From Steroidobacteraceae bacterium (GTDB taxonomy: Bacteria; Pseudomonadota; Gammaproteobacteria; Steroidobacterales; Steroidobacteraceae), in assembly GCA_035605115.1 (NCBI GenBank), contig DATNHF010000054.1, positions 1,051 through 65,050 of the forward strand: 64,000 bases of DNA, in the 5' to 3' direction. Positions within the stretch are counted from its first letter, which is position 1. Every line of letters begins with the position of its first letter. Made by a program: the position numbers and the translations under genes. Shown one piece after another: positions 19,347 through 29,398 of the stretch. The notes beneath the pieces were generated by a model, which worked only from the letters and a program-made list of their open reading frames with translations, did no database searches and had not been told where the DNA came from.

Positions 19347-20747
19347 TCAGCCCAATCGATGCCGGATCAGCTGATACAGGGCGCGCACGCACTGCGCTTC
19401 GGCCCCGAGCGGCCGGCCAGGTCGGTCCTTGGGGTTCCACGCGTACAGATCCACATGCAGCCAATTGGAAGTGGCCGTTACAAAACGTTTGAGAAACAGC
19501 GCCGCAATGATCGCGCCGGCAAATGGCGATGAGGACACATTGTTGAGATCAGCCACTCGGCTGCTGAGCTCATCGTCGTAGCCCATCCACAGCGGCATGG
19601 GCCAGACAGGATCGGCATGCGTCCGACCGAGCTCGGCCAACTCGGCCGTGAGAGCCTCATTGGAGGCGAATACCGCGGGCAGATCCGGACCCAGCGCCGT
19701 GCGCGCCGCGCCGGTCAAGGTAGCTAGGTCGATCAACAGCTCTGGCCGCTCGGCATCGGCCTCATGCAGCGCATCGGCGAGCACCAGCCGGCCTTCGGCG
19801 TCGGTATTGCCGATCTCGACGGTCAGACCCCGGCGCGAGCGCCAGATGTCACCCGGCCGGTAAGCGCGCGATCCGACGCTGTTATCGACCGCCGGTATCA
19901 ACAGCCGCAGCTCGATCGGCGCATCGAGCTCGAGCAACAGACGGGCAAGACCCAGCGCGCAGGCGGCCCCGCCCATGTCCTTCTTCATGAGCAGCATCGC
20001 CGCAGAAGGCTTCAAATCTAAACCGCCGCTGTCGAAGCAAACGCCCTTGCCTACCAAAGTGACGCGGGCCGCGCCGGCGCGCCGCCAGCGGCAATCGATG
20101 AGTCGTGGCGCACGCGCGCTGGCGGCGCCGACCGCCGCTATCAATGGATAGTCGCGCGTCAGCGTCTCTCCGCTGTGCACCACGGATTCCCCGCCGTGCT
20201 CGGCGGCGAGCTCGAGCGCCGCGGCCGCCAGCTCCTCGGGGCCGAGCTGGTTGGCCGGCGCACTGATCAGATCGCGCGCCCAACCCATCGCTTGTGCTGC
20301 GGCGTGGGCATACCGCTGGTCTGCGCCGACGGGTGCCACCAGCGCATTGGCGATGGGCGCCTTGGGCGGCGCACTGCGATAGCGCGTCAGGCGATGGCTC
20401 CCCAGCAGCCAGCCGAGCGCAAATTGAGTCGCCGCGTGCGGCGAAACCGCCGTCGCCAGGCGGTAAGTGCCGGCGGGCAGGCGCTCCGGCAGCGGTGCTG
20501 CGTCCCAGAGCGACAGATCATCGACGCTCCTGAGCGAGCCTAAGCCGAGCACCGCGCCGGCGATCGCGCCGGTAGAGTCGGGCAGCAGTTGCAGACGGTG
20601 GCGCTCGGAGCCGAACCCCTGTGCCCGTGCCCACGCCGCCTGCATCGGCGGCAAAGACTGCGACAGCGTCGCATAGCCGCTGTCGGTGACCAGCCACAGC
20701 GGGATGGCATCGCCCTCCGCCGCGCTCACTAATGTCTGCATGCGCAA
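19347..20747 (-). CDS. M17-family leucyl aminopeptidase-like protein
   Basis: 466 aa. The C-terminal catalytic domain has GKGVCFDSGGLDLKP, MKKDMGGAA and NTDAEGRLVLADAL motifs typical of M17 peptidases. Confidence 0.8.
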   Translation of the reverse strand: MRMQTLVSAAEGDAIPLWLVTDSGYATLSQSLPPMQAAWARAQGFGSERHRLQLLPDSTGAIAGAVLGLGSLRSVDDLSLWDAAPLPERLPAGTYRLATAVSPHAATQFALGWLLGSHRLTRYRSAPPKAPIANALVAPVGADQRYAHAAAQAMGWARDLISAPANQLGPEELAAAALELAAEHGGESVVHSGETLTRDYPLIAAVGAASARAPRLIDCRWRRAGAARVTLVGKGVCFDSGGLDLKPSAAMLLMKKDMGGAACALGLARLLLELDAPIELRLLIPAVDNSVGSRAYRPGDIWRSRRGLTVEIGNTDAEGRLVLADALHEADAERPELLIDLATLTGAARTALGPDLPAVFASNEALTAELAELGRTHADPVWPMPLWMGYDDELSSRVADLNNVSSSPFAGAIIAALFLKRFVTATSNWLHVDLYAWNPKDRPGRPLGAEAQCVRALYQLIRHRLG

Positions 20748-20772
20748 AGCTTAGCCGAATCGGGCCTCAAGA

Positions 20773-20802
20773 TTGACAAGTACTTGATCTTTGTGCTGAT
20801 AT
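20773..20802 (+). promoter_or_regulatory. Candidate sigma70 promoter for the ilv-leu leader
   Basis: Perfect TTGACA at 20773-20778. A weak -10 candidate (TGATAT) lies 18 nt downstream, and the leader ATG ~20 nt after that. Confidence 0.35.
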
Positions 20803-20822
20803 CGGGAACGCGTTTTCGGCAC

Positions 20823-20918
20823 ATGAACCCCACCATGCAGATTTCCAGCTCGCTTGCCCTATGGGTAGATCTGCTGCTCGTCAAGAGCGGTCGGGGCGGG
20901 TGCTGCCGGCGTTTCTGA
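20823..20918 (+). CDS. Candidate ilv-leu leader peptide (31 aa)
   Basis: Translates as MNPTMQISSSLALWVDLLLVKSGRGGCCRRF. Eight of 14 residues between positions 7 and 20 are Ile/Leu/Val. It lies between the promoter candidate and an intrinsic terminator upstream of ilvC. Confidence 0.5.
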   Translation: MNPTMQISSSLALWVDLLLVKSGRGGCCRRF

Positions 20919-20941
20919 TACCAGGAAACCGACGTACACCG

Positions 20942-20978
20942 AAACCCCGCACCGGCCGCCGATGCGGGGTTTTTTGTT
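20942..20978 (+). terminator. Attenuator terminator upstream of ilvC
   Basis: Stem AAACCCCGCA / TGCGGGGTTT (core 20945-20951 and 20963-20969) followed by T6. It is plus-oriented although the only upstream gene is on the minus strand, so it is not a gene-end terminator. Confidence 0.65.
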
Positions 20979-20999
20979 GACTTCACGGAGTGTTGAACG

Positions 21000-21992
21000 A
21001 TGCATCTGTATGGCAGGAAGGACGTCGACAAGAAGGCCCTCAAGGGTGCGCGCATTGCCGTACTCGGATATGGCAGCCAGGGTCGGGCGCATGCCCTGAA
21101 CCTCAAGGACAGTGGATTTAACGTCGTGGTTGGCGTGCGTAAGAGCGGCGCCAGCTGGAGAAAGGCCAGGCGCGACGGGCTCGAGGTCGCCGAGCCGGTT
21201 GAGGCAACCAAGGGCGCCGATCTCGTGGCCATGCTGGTTCCCGATCTCGCACAGTCTGCCCTCTATACCGCCATCAAAGCCGCGCTCAAACCCGGTGCGG
21301 TGCTGCTGTTTGCGCACGGCTTCAACATCCACTTCAAGCAGATCAAACCGCGCAAGGATCTCGACGTGGTGCTGATCGCACCCAAGGGACCGGGCGATCT
21401 GGTGCGCCGCCAATACCAGCAGGGCCGTGGCGTGCCGTGCCTGATTGCGGTCGCGCAGGATGCGACCGGCAACGCTCATGCGCGCGCGCTTGCCTATGCC
21501 GACGGCATCGGCGGTACGCGCGGTGGTGTGCTCGACACGAGCTTCTCCGAGGAGACCGAGACCGATCTGTTTGGCGAGCAGGCGGTGCTGTGCGGGGGCG
21601 CGACCGAACTCGTGGTCAAAGGGTACGAGACCCTGGTTGAGGCCGGATATCAGCCCGAAGTGGCCTATTACGAATGCCTGCATGAGCTCAAGCTGATCGT
21701 AGATCTGCTGCACGAGGGCGGACTGTCGAAGATGCATCAGTTCATCAGCGACACCGCCAAGTACGGTGACCTCACGCGTGGCCCGCGCATTGTCGACTCG
21801 CATGTCAAGAAGCAGATGCGCAAGATCCTCAAGGAGATTCAGAGCGGCAAGTTTGCGCGGCAGTGGATTCGTGAAAGCGAAAACGGCGCCAAGAATTTCC
21901 GCCGGCTGCTCAAACAGGATATGCGCCACCCGATCGAGCGCGTCGGCGAGCGGCTGCGAGCCCGAATGCCCTGGCTGCAGGGCGCCCGCTGA
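21000..21992 (+). CDS. ilvC: Ketol-acid reductoisomerase (class I)
   Basis: 330 aa with [19 protein letters not shown] Rossmann motif and [11 protein letters not shown]. Confidence 0.92.
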   Translation: MHLYGRKDVDKKALKGARIAVLGYGSQGRAHALNLKDSGFNVVVGVRKSGASWRKARRDGLEVAEPVEATKGADLVAMLVPDLAQSALYTAIKAALKPGAVLLFAHGFNIHFKQIKPRKDLDVVLIAPKGPGDLVRRQYQQGRGVPCLIAVAQDATGNAHARALAYADGIGGTRGGVLDTSFSEETETDLFGEQAVLCGGATELVVKGYETLVEAGYQPEVAYYECLHELKLIVDLLHEGGLSKMHQFISDTAKYGDLTRGPRIVDSHVKKQMRKILKEIQSGKFARQWIRESENGAKNFRRLLKQDMRHPIERVGERLRARMPWLQGAR

Positions 21993-22004
21993 ACGGAGAG
22001 AGCC

Positions 22005-23591
22005 ATGACACCGACACTCGACCGAGTACTGATCTTCGATACCACCTTGCGCGATGGCGAACAGGCGCCCGGTTGCAGCATGACTCAGCCGGAGAAGCTG
22101 CGCGTAGCACGCGCGCTCGGCGAGCTAGGCGTGGATATCATCGAAGCGGGTTTTCCGGCCGCCTCACACGGCGATTGGGAGGCGGTGAACGCCGTGGCCC
22201 GCGAGGTGCAGGGCCCGATCATCGCCGGCCTGGCCCGCTGCGTGCGCGAGGATATCGAATCGGCTGCGCGGGCACTGCGCGACGCGCCCCGGCATCGCAT
22301 TCACGTGTTTCTCGCCACCAGCGCGATACATCGTCAATACAAGCTCCACATGGCGCAGGAGGAGATCGTGCGGCGCGCCGTTGAGGGCGTGAAGGTCGCG
22401 CGCGAGTACTGTGAGGACATCGAGTTCTCACCCGAAGACGCCTCGCGCACCGAGCTGGATTTCCTGGCGCAGGTGGTCGAATCGGTCATCGAGGCCGGCG
22501 CCACCACCATCAATATTCCCGACACCGTCGGCTATACGGTGCCGGATGAGTTCGGCGAAGTATTCCGGTACCTTCGCCAGCACGTGCGCGGCATCGACAA
22601 GGTCACGCTGTCGGTACACTGCCATGATGATCTGGGCATGGCCGTTGCCAACAGCCTCACCGCGGTCGTGGCCGGCGCGCGTCAGATCGAGTGCACGATC
22701 AACGGCATCGGTGAGCGCGCCGGCAACTGCTCACTCGAAGAAGTCGTGATGGCCCTCGCCACGCGCGCGGCGTTCTTTAACGTCGGCACCGGCGTGCACA
22801 CCGCGCGCCTGTATCCGACCAGCCGACTGGTGGCGAACATCACGGGTGTGTCGATTCCGCGCAATAAGGCGGTGGTCGGCGAGAATGCGTTCGCGCATGA
22901 GTCGGGCATTCATCAGCACGGCATGCTGCAGAATCGCGCAACCTACGAAATCATGCGTCCTGAGGACGTCGGGTTGCAGCGCAGTAACCTGGTTCTGGGC
23001 AAACATAGCGGTCGGCATGCCTTCCGTGAGCGCGTCAAGCAGCTCGGCTTCGAGCTCGAAGAGCTCGAGCTCAATCGCGTGTTCGAGGAGTTCAAGGCGC
23101 TCGCCGATCGCAAGAAGGAGCTGTTCGACGGCGATATCGAAGCGCTGGTATTGCGCGCCGGCAGCCACGCGCAGGGCCCCTGGGTACTCGATCACCTGGA
23201 TGTCGAGGCCCACACCGGCTCCAAGGCGATCGCCCGCGTGCGCCTCAAGCACGCCGATAGCCGCGTGCTCGAGCGCGAGGCCTCCGGCGACGGTCCGGTC
23301 GATGCCGCCTACAAGGCGATCGTGCAGGCCACGGGCGTGGTCGTGACGGTGCGCAAGTTCGAGGTCCATGCCGTGACCATCGGCGAGGACGCACAGGGCG
23401 AAGCAATCCTGTATGTCGATGCCGACGGCCGCAGCTATCGCGGCTCGAGCATCAGCACCAATATCATCGAGGCCGCCAGCCGCGCTTTGCTCGAAGTCAT
23501 CAACCGCATCGAGCTGTCGCACAATAACGCGACCCGCGGCGCCTCGGGCCGCGCGCAAGATATCGCGCGGCTTGCCCAAAGCGCGGTTTAG
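22005..23591 (+). CDS. leuA: 2-isopropylmalate synthase
   Basis: 528 aa with LRDGEQAPG and HCHDDLGMAVANSL HMGL-like motifs and a LeuA dimerisation/regulatory C-terminus. GGAGAG RBS upstream. Confidence 0.92.
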   Translation: MTPTLDRVLIFDTTLRDGEQAPGCSMTQPEKLRVARALGELGVDIIEAGFPAASHGDWEAVNAVAREVQGPIIAGLARCVREDIESAARALRDAPRHRIHVFLATSAIHRQYKLHMAQEEIVRRAVEGVKVAREYCEDIEFSPEDASRTELDFLAQVVESVIEAGATTINIPDTVGYTVPDEFGEVFRYLRQHVRGIDKVTLSVHCHDDLGMAVANSLTAVVAGARQIECTINGIGERAGNCSLEEVVMALATRAAFFNVGTGVHTARLYPTSRLVANITGVSIPRNKAVVGENAFAHESGIHQHGMLQNRATYEIMRPEDVGLQRSNLVLGKHSGRHAFRERVKQLGFELEELELNRVFEEFKALADRKKELFDGDIEALVLRAGSHAQGPWVLDHLDVEAHTGSKAIARVRLKHADSRVLEREASGDGPVDAAYKAIVQATGVVVTVRKFEVHAVTIGEDAQGEAILYVDADGRSYRGSSISTNIIEAASRALLEVINRIELSHNNATRGASGRAQDIARLAQSAV

Positions 23592-23599
23592 GAGCTGAC

Positions 23600-24565
23600 A
23601 TGCCCATACCTGCTACCCCTTATATATGGTTCAACGGCAAGCTGGTGGCCTGGGAGAAGGCCACCGTGCACGTGCTCGCTCACGCGCTGCATTACGGCTC
23701 CTCGGTGTTCGAGGGAGTACGGGCGTATGAGACGCCGCGCGGCGTGGCGATTTTTCGTCTGCGCGACCACACTCGCCGGCTGTTCGACTCAGCCAAGGTT
23801 TATCGAATACAGATCCCCTACTCCCAGGATCAGATCAACGACGCCTGTCGCCAGGTGATCGCGACGAACTCGCTGTCCCATGGCGCCTACATCCGGCCCA
23901 TAGCCTTTCGCGGCTACGGCGAGATCGGCGTCGCGCCGAAGATCGATCCACCGGTGGATGTGGCGGTCGCGGCCTGGGAATGGGGCAAATACCTGGGTCA
24001 CGAAAGCGCCGAGGCCGGCGTCGACGTCTGCGTCTCCTCCTGGCAGCGCGTCGCACCCAACACGCTGCCCGCGCTGGCCAAAGCCGGCGGCAACTACCTC
24101 TCGAGCCAACTCATCAGCCAGGAGGCGAAGCGGCTCGGTTTCGCCGAGGGCATCGGCCTCGCCCCAGACGGCACTGTAAGCGAGGGAGCCGGTGAGAACA
24201 TTTTCCTGGTCAAGGCCGGCATATTGCTCACGCCCAATCTCGCGCATTCCGTTCTCGGCGGGCTGACCCGCGATACCGTCATGACCCTGGCGCGCGAACA
24301 GGGGCTGGAAGTGCGCGAAACATCCATTCCGCGCGAGATGCTCTATCTGGCCGATGAGCTGTTTTTCACCGGCACAGCGGCTGAAATTACCCCGATCCGA
24401 TCGGTCGACCGCATCACCGTCGGCGCAGGTCATCGCGGCCCGATCACCGAAAAGCTGCAGCGCGCATTCTTCGGGCTGTTTTCAGGCGCTACCAACGACG
24501 CCTGGTCCTGGCTCGACTATGTCGATATGAATCTCAGCACGCGCAGCGTCGCGGCGGCTCACTGA
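23600..24565 (+). CDS. ilvE: Branched-chain amino acid aminotransferase (class IV)
   Basis: 321 aa with the [11 protein letters not shown] pattern. The lysine region [12 protein letters not shown] and EGAGENIF ... [11 protein letters not shown] are typical of IlvE. Confidence 0.9.
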   Translation: MPIPATPYIWFNGKLVAWEKATVHVLAHALHYGSSVFEGVRAYETPRGVAIFRLRDHTRRLFDSAKVYRIQIPYSQDQINDACRQVIATNSLSHGAYIRPIAFRGYGEIGVAPKIDPPVDVAVAAWEWGKYLGHESAEAGVDVCVSSWQRVAPNTLPALAKAGGNYLSSQLISQEAKRLGFAEGIGLAPDGTVSEGAGENIFLVKAGILLTPNLAHSVLGGLTRDTVMTLAREQGLEVRETSIPREMLYLADELFFTGTAAEITPIRSVDRITVGAGHRGPITEKLQRAFFGLFSGATNDAWSWLDYVDMNLSTRSVAAAH

Positions 24566-24597
24566 GCGCGCGCGCGCGGCCACTCGAGCCTAAGACC

Positions 24598-25998
24598 ATG
24601 AAGACCATGTTTCACAAGGTCTGGGAATCTCACGAGGTCGTGCCGGAAACGCCTGACACGCCGGCTGTGCTGTACATCGACACGCATCTGGTCCACGAAG
24701 TGACCTCGCCGCAGGCCTTCACGGTGCTGCGCGAGCGCGGCCTGAAGCTGCGTCGCCCCGAGCTCATGCTCGCTACGATCGATCACTCCAGTCCGACGCG
24801 CACCGAGCAGATCTTCGGCGGTGCTCCGATTACGATCGAATCGGCGGCGCAGCAGATTGCGCAACTCGAGCGCAACTGTGCGCAATTCGGCGTCGAGCTT
24901 TTCGGGCTCAAGAGCGACCAGCGCGGCATCGTGCACATCATCGGTCCCGAGCTCGGTCTCACGCAGCCGGGCAGTACCGTGGTGTGCGGTGATAGTCACA
25001 CCAGCACCCATGGCGCTTTCGGTGCGCTCGCATTTGGCATCGGCTCAACCGAAGTTGGGCACGTTTTCGCGACGCAGTGCTTGCTGCAACGGCGACCAAA
25101 GACCTTTGCGCTGAACGTCGAAGGCACGCTGTGCAGCGGCGTTACGGCCAAGGATCTGATTTTGTCGATCATCGGACGCATCGGCGTCTCCGGCGGCACC
25201 GGCTATGTACTCGAGTATCGCGGCGCGGTCGTTCGCGCCCTGTCGATGGAAGAGCGCATGACTGTCTGCAATATGTCCATCGAGGCTGGAGCCCGAGCCG
25301 GCATGATTGCCCCCGACGCGACCACCTATCGCTACCTCGAAGGCCGGCCGCGCGCACCCAGCGGCGCTGCGTGGGAGCGCGCGCTCGAGCGCTGGCGAGC
25401 CCTGCCGAGCGATGCCGGAGCGCGCTTTGACCGCGAGATTACGCTCGCTGGCGCGGGGATCGAGCCGATGGTCACCTACGGCACCAACCCCGGCATGGTC
25501 ATGGCCGTATCGGGTTCGATTCCCGCGCCGCACGATGACCCGGTATTCGATAAGGCCCTCGCCTACATGGGTCTGCATGCCGGCGAGCCAATCGGCAATC
25601 AGCCGGTCAACGTGGTGTTCATCGGCAGCTGCACCAATGGACGGCTATCGGATCTGCGCGGCGCTGCCCAGCTGCTGCGCGGCCGCAAGATCGCGCGCGG
25701 CGTGCGTGCGCTGGTCGTTCCCGGCTCACAGCAGGTCAAGAAGGCAGCCGAAGCCGAGGGCCTGGACCGAGTGTTCATCGAAGCCGGCGCCGAGTGGCGC
25801 GAGTCCGGCTGTTCGATGTGCCTGGGGATGAATGGCGATCTGGTGGGCGAAGGTGAATATTCGATCAGCACCAGCAACCGCAACTTCGAGGGCCGACAGG
25901 GCCCCGGTGCCCGCACGCTGCTGGCCAGCCCGCTGACCGCTGCGGCCAGCGCCGTGCGCGGCCGCGTGACCGACCCCCGCGAATTTCTCAATGGCTGA
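24598..25998 (+). CDS. leuC: 3-isopropylmalate dehydratase large subunit
   Basis: 466 aa with aconitase-family Cys motifs ([22 protein letters not shown]). Confidence 0.92.
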   Translation: MKTMFHKVWESHEVVPETPDTPAVLYIDTHLVHEVTSPQAFTVLRERGLKLRRPELMLATIDHSSPTRTEQIFGGAPITIESAAQQIAQLERNCAQFGVELFGLKSDQRGIVHIIGPELGLTQPGSTVVCGDSHTSTHGAFGALAFGIGSTEVGHVFATQCLLQRRPKTFALNVEGTLCSGVTAKDLILSIIGRIGVSGGTGYVLEYRGAVVRALSMEERMTVCNMSIEAGARAGMIAPDATTYRYLEGRPRAPSGAAWERALERWRALPSDAGARFDREITLAGAGIEPMVTYGTNPGMVMAVSGSIPAPHDDPVFDKALAYMGLHAGEPIGNQPVNVVFIGSCTNGRLSDLRGAAQLLRGRKIARGVRALVVPGSQQVKKAAEAEGLDRVFIEAGAEWRESGCSMCLGMNGDLVGEGEYSISTSNRNFEGRQGPGARTLLASPLTAAASAVRGRVTDPREFLNG

Positions 25999-26006
25999 CG
26001 ATCTGC

Positions 26007-26585
26007 ATGCAACCCATACGACAGATACGATCGCGCACCGCTGTGTTGCCGTATTCGAACATCGATACCGACCAGATCATTCCGGCACGGTTCCTGCGCA
26101 CAACCAGCCGCGAGGGGCTGGGCCAGCATCTGTTTGCCGACTGGCGGCTCAATCCGGACGGCAGTCCGAATGCGTCCTTTCTGCTCAACCGACCCGAGGC
26201 CGCGGGATGCAGCGTACTGGTGGCCGGGCGCAATTTTGGCTGCGGCTCCTCGCGCGAGCACGCGCCCTGGGCGCTGCTCGACTACGGCTTTCGTGCCGTT
26301 ATCAGCACCGAGATCGCCGACATCTTTCGCAACAATTCACTCAAGAACGGACTGTTGCCCATCGTGGTGGACGGCGCGAGTGGACAGTGGCTGCTCGAGC
26401 ATCCGGGCGCCGAGGTTATGATCGATCTGCCAAACGCCACCCTTGAGCTACCGACAGGCACCGCGATCCCTTTCCCGATCGAGAGCTTTGCACGCTACTG
26501 CCTTGCCAATGGCGTCGACGAGTTGGGCTTTCTGCTGGCTCGCGAGCCGCAGATCAGCGCCTTTGAGCAGCGGCAGGCATCGTGA
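26007..26585 (+). CDS. leuD: 3-isopropylmalate dehydratase small subunit
   Basis: 192 aa with [11 protein letters not shown] and [17 protein letters not shown] swivel-domain motifs. Confidence 0.9.
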   Translation: MQPIRQIRSRTAVLPYSNIDTDQIIPARFLRTTSREGLGQHLFADWRLNPDGSPNASFLLNRPEAAGCSVLVAGRNFGCGSSREHAPWALLDYGFRAVISTEIADIFRNNSLKNGLLPIVVDGASGQWLLEHPGAEVMIDLPNATLELPTGTAIPFPIESFARYCLANGVDELGFLLAREPQISAFEQRQAS

Positions 26586-27643
26586 AAGCCCGCATCGCGA
26601 TCCTGCCGGGTGATGGCATCGGTCCGGAAGTCATCGCCGAGGCGGTGCGCGTCCTGCGGGCCTCTGCTCGACGCCATGGCCACGAGTTTGCGCTCGAGGA
26701 GGCGCCATTCGGCGGTATCGCCATCGATCAGTCGGGCGATCCATTGCCGCCGGCCACGCTCGAGTGCTGTCTGCGTGCCGATGCGATCTTGCTCGGCGCC
26801 ATCGGGGGTCCGAAGTGGTCGGCGCCGCAGGTCAAGGTCCGGCCCGAGACCGGGCTGCTTCGGCTGCGCCGGGAGCTTGGCGTCTACGCCAATCTGCGCC
26901 CGGTAAGCGTGCACCCTGCGCTGCGCAATGTCTCCAGCCTGAAGCCTGATCTGCTCGAAGGAGTCGACCTGATTTTCGTGCGCGAGCTCACTGGCGGCAT
27001 TTACTTCGGTCCGAAGACCCGCGACGCCGAGCGCGCCACTGACCTATGCTCGTACACGGCGCTCGAAATCGAGCGCATAGTGCGCGTCGCGGCTCGTATT
27101 GCACGGACACGGCGCAAGCGGCTGCTGTCGATCGACAAATCGAACGTACTCGAGACCTCGCGACTGTGGCGCGAAGTGTGCGAGCGAGTGATGCGCAGCG
27201 AATTCCCGGATGTCGCGCTCGAGCATATGCTGGTCGATTCCGCAGCGATGCACCTGCTCCGCCGGCCGCGCGACTTCGACGTCGCAGTCACCGAAAACAT
27301 GTTCGGTGACATCCTGACCGACGAGGCCTCGATGCTCAGTGGCTCCCTGGGATTGCTGCCTTCGGCCTCCCTCGGAGAGGGCACTCGCGGGCTGTACGAG
27401 CCGATTCATGGCTCGGCCCCCGACATTGCCGGCCGGGGAATCGCCAACCCCTATGGCGCCATTCTGAGTGTCGCGCTGCTGCTGCGTCATTCGCTGAGGC
27501 TCGAGCAGGAAGCGCGTGCCATCGAGCTGGCCGTGCACCGTGCGATCGATGACGGTGTGCGGACCTCGGACATCGTGGCACCATCGCACCGGGCCGCCTC
27601 GACTCAGGAAGTCGGCAATGCGGTGCTGGCCGCCATGGCTTAG
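26582..27643 (+). CDS. leuB: 3-isopropylmalate dehydrogenase
   Basis: 353 aa with a GTG start overlapping the leuD stop. Motifs [13 protein letters not shown] and [26 protein letters not shown]. Confidence 0.92.
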   Translation: MKARIAILPGDGIGPEVIAEAVRVLRASARRHGHEFALEEAPFGGIAIDQSGDPLPPATLECCLRADAILLGAIGGPKWSAPQVKVRPETGLLRLRRELGVYANLRPVSVHPALRNVSSLKPDLLEGVDLIFVRELTGGIYFGPKTRDAERATDLCSYTALEIERIVRVAARIARTRRKRLLSIDKSNVLETSRLWREVCERVMRSEFPDVALEHMLVDSAAMHLLRRPRDFDVAVTENMFGDILTDEASMLSGSLGLLPSASLGEGTRGLYEPIHGSAPDIAGRGIANPYGAILSVALLLRHSLRLEQEARAIELAVHRAIDDGVRTSDIVAPSHRAASTQEVGNAVLAAMA

Positions 27644-27682
27644 TCGGCCGCGGCGCGGCGCTGCGGCCCCGCACATCCAAGT

Positions 27683-28384
27683 TCATGCCGCGCAGCCGTG
27701 ACCGTGCCGGCAGTTGCGCAAGACCCGGCGCATCAGGAACACGCCGGCAATCGGCGTGCTGGGCAGCGTCAGCCTGAGTCGACGCTCGCAGCACCTGTAG
27801 TGCTTGCCGCTCGTCAGCAGGTCATCGAACAGTGCGATGCAAGTGCGCAACGGTCGGCAGCCCAGACTCTGAAGATCCAGGCGCAGATTGCCGTAGAGCG
27901 CCTCGACGCTCAGCCGCGATGGGTGCGAATGGTCCGGCACCGTGCTGTGCACCTGGTACAGCAGGGAGCGCACATCGACATCGTAGCCGGCAAATGCCAG
28001 CCCCAGAGTACGCGGCAGCCGGTCATCGAAGTCCGGATCGCCGCGGCGTTTCGAGGGCGGGATTGGCACCCAGGTACACTCTTCCGCTTGCTCACGAGGC
28101 ACGGCATGGCGCAACCAGAGTGCCAGCGTCGCAATAGCCTGCTGCTTGTAATGCCGGCGCCGCGGATCGATTCGGGCAGCGGATGGCCGGCATTTGAAAT
28201 TGCGAAGCAGCTGGTTGCAGTGGTCAGCTCGATAGTCTCTGCCGCCCGAGTACTGCGACAAGTACGCGCAGTGATCCGAGGCGGCGAGGAACGCATGCTC
28301 GCGCCGGTTCGACCCATCGAGCAGCGTCAGCGACGACGGCGCGACCATTGCGGCTCGAGCTGCAGCCGTGCTGCTCACAAGCAC
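27683..28384 (-). CDS. Divergent phosphoribosyltransferase-like (ComF/PRTase-fold) protein
   Basis: 233 aa. The C-terminal CIALFDDLLTSGKHY matches the PRPP-loop pattern (hydrophobic x4, DD, xxT/S-G). A GTG start at 28384 overlaps the relaxase stop by 10 nt; an alternative ATG lies at 28348. The plus-strand ORF 27698..28393 is R/Q-rich antisense noise. Confidence 0.5.
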   Translation of the reverse strand: MLVSSTAAARAAMVAPSSLTLLDGSNRREHAFLAASDHCAYLSQYSGGRDYRADHCNQLLRNFKCRPSAARIDPRRRHYKQQAIATLALWLRHAVPREQAEECTWVPIPPSKRRGDPDFDDRLPRTLGLAFAGYDVDVRSLLYQVHSTVPDHSHPSRLSVEALYGNLRLDLQSLGCRPLRTCIALFDDLLTSGKHYRCCERRLRLTLPSTPIAGVFLMRRVLRNCRHGHGCAA

Positions 28385-29394
28385 AGATCCTGATCGGCAG
28401 CATCGTGCTGCGCCTCGGACTTCGAAACCGAATGCTCCGAGCCCCGCTCCCGCGGACCCTGCTGCTGTTTGCCGGATTCAGGCCCCTGGGCGCCGTCCAG
28501 TGCATCGCGGCGCATCGTCAGCCATGCCTCGCGCGCCCGTCGGCGCAGCTCTTCGACGCCCGCAACAGCACCCGGAAGCGCCGTCAGCGCGCGGCTGAGG
28601 GCATCGGTCGGTACCGAGGCCTGGCGCGCGGCGCGTGCGGCGACGCGAGCCCGGTAGCGCTCGCGTATGCGTTCGGCCACCGCACTGCGCAGTCCTCGCC
28701 GCTCCATCTGGTAGGCGACGAAGGGAATGTGCGGCAGCGGCTCGCGATCGATGCCCTGCGCCTCGAGACTGCGATGGTCCACACGCGCCTCGAGCCCTGC
28801 CGCGCGAAAGGCATCGTTTACCAGCTCTGCCCAGCGCTCGCGAATCGCCACGAGCTCTTTCAGACCTGCGGGCAGGCCGCGCTTGAGCCGTTCGGAGTAC
28901 GGCATGTCGAGACCGGCCTTGCCGCCAAGGCCGCTCGCCGTGACTTCACGGGTCGTCACGAGCAGATGCGCATGATGATTTCGCGGATCACCCCCCGGAC
29001 GCGGCTCGTGTATTGCAAGATCAACGGCGAGCTGATGCCGATCGGCCAGCTCGCGCGAGAAGTTGCGGGCGAGATCCAGGCGCTGCGCCGGCGCGAGCTC
29101 GGCCGGAAGCGTGACTTGGTATTCGCGCGCCACCCTCGAGTCGCGGCGATGCTCCGCCGCCTCAGCGGCGTTCCAAAGCTGCGTCCGCTGTCGCGCCCAA
29201 CTGGCATCCCCCGCTGCCAACGAACTGGGCAGAAAGATCTCGGCGTGGGTCACATCGCGGCGGCGCGAGTAATTGTGGATGGCACCGGTGCGCTCATCCC
29301 GAATTCGCTCGCCGGCGCGGTACGCAGCCGCGCCCGGCGCGCTGCGCCCCGCCGATCGCGAGATGGGATTGATCTGCAGCCGATAGAGCGCCAT
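28375..29394 (-). CDS. MobA/MobL-family (MOBQ-like) relaxase, compact form
   Basis: 339 aa. N-terminal MALYRLQINPISRSAGRSAPGAAAYRAGE carries candidate catalytic Tyr. The histidine triad region is PRNHHAHLLVTTRE. Followed by LEAQGIDREPLPHIP as in MobA/MobL proteins. Confidence 0.8.
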   Translation of the reverse strand: MALYRLQINPISRSAGRSAPGAAAYRAGERIRDERTGAIHNYSRRRDVTHAEIFLPSSLAAGDASWARQRTQLWNAAEAAEHRRDSRVAREYQVTLPAELAPAQRLDLARNFSRELADRHQLAVDLAIHEPRPGGDPRNHHAHLLVTTREVTASGLGGKAGLDMPYSERLKRGLPAGLKELVAIRERWAELVNDAFRAAGLEARVDHRSLEAQGIDREPLPHIPFVAYQMERRGLRSAVAERIRERYRARVAARAARQASVPTDALSRALTALPGAVAGVEELRRRAREAWLTMRRDALDGAQGPESGKQQQGPRERGSEHSVSKSEAQHDAADQDLCL

Positions 29395-29398
29395 CGTC

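Noticed and set aside
17993-19492. 499-aa plus-strand ORF
   Set aside because: It is antisense to the MFS transporter and the aminopeptidase 3' end. Its His/Arg/Gln-rich composition looks non-protein-like.
20859-21929. 356-aa minus-strand ORF
   Set aside because: It is antisense to ilvC, which has unambiguous ketol-acid reductoisomerase motifs.
27644-27690. att-type direct repeats shared between the left (27644-27690) and right (42415-42550, 44470-44490) junctions of the accessory region
   Set aside because: Only short GC-rich words (for example CGCTGCGG) are shared, as expected by chance in this composition. A proper alignment is still needed.
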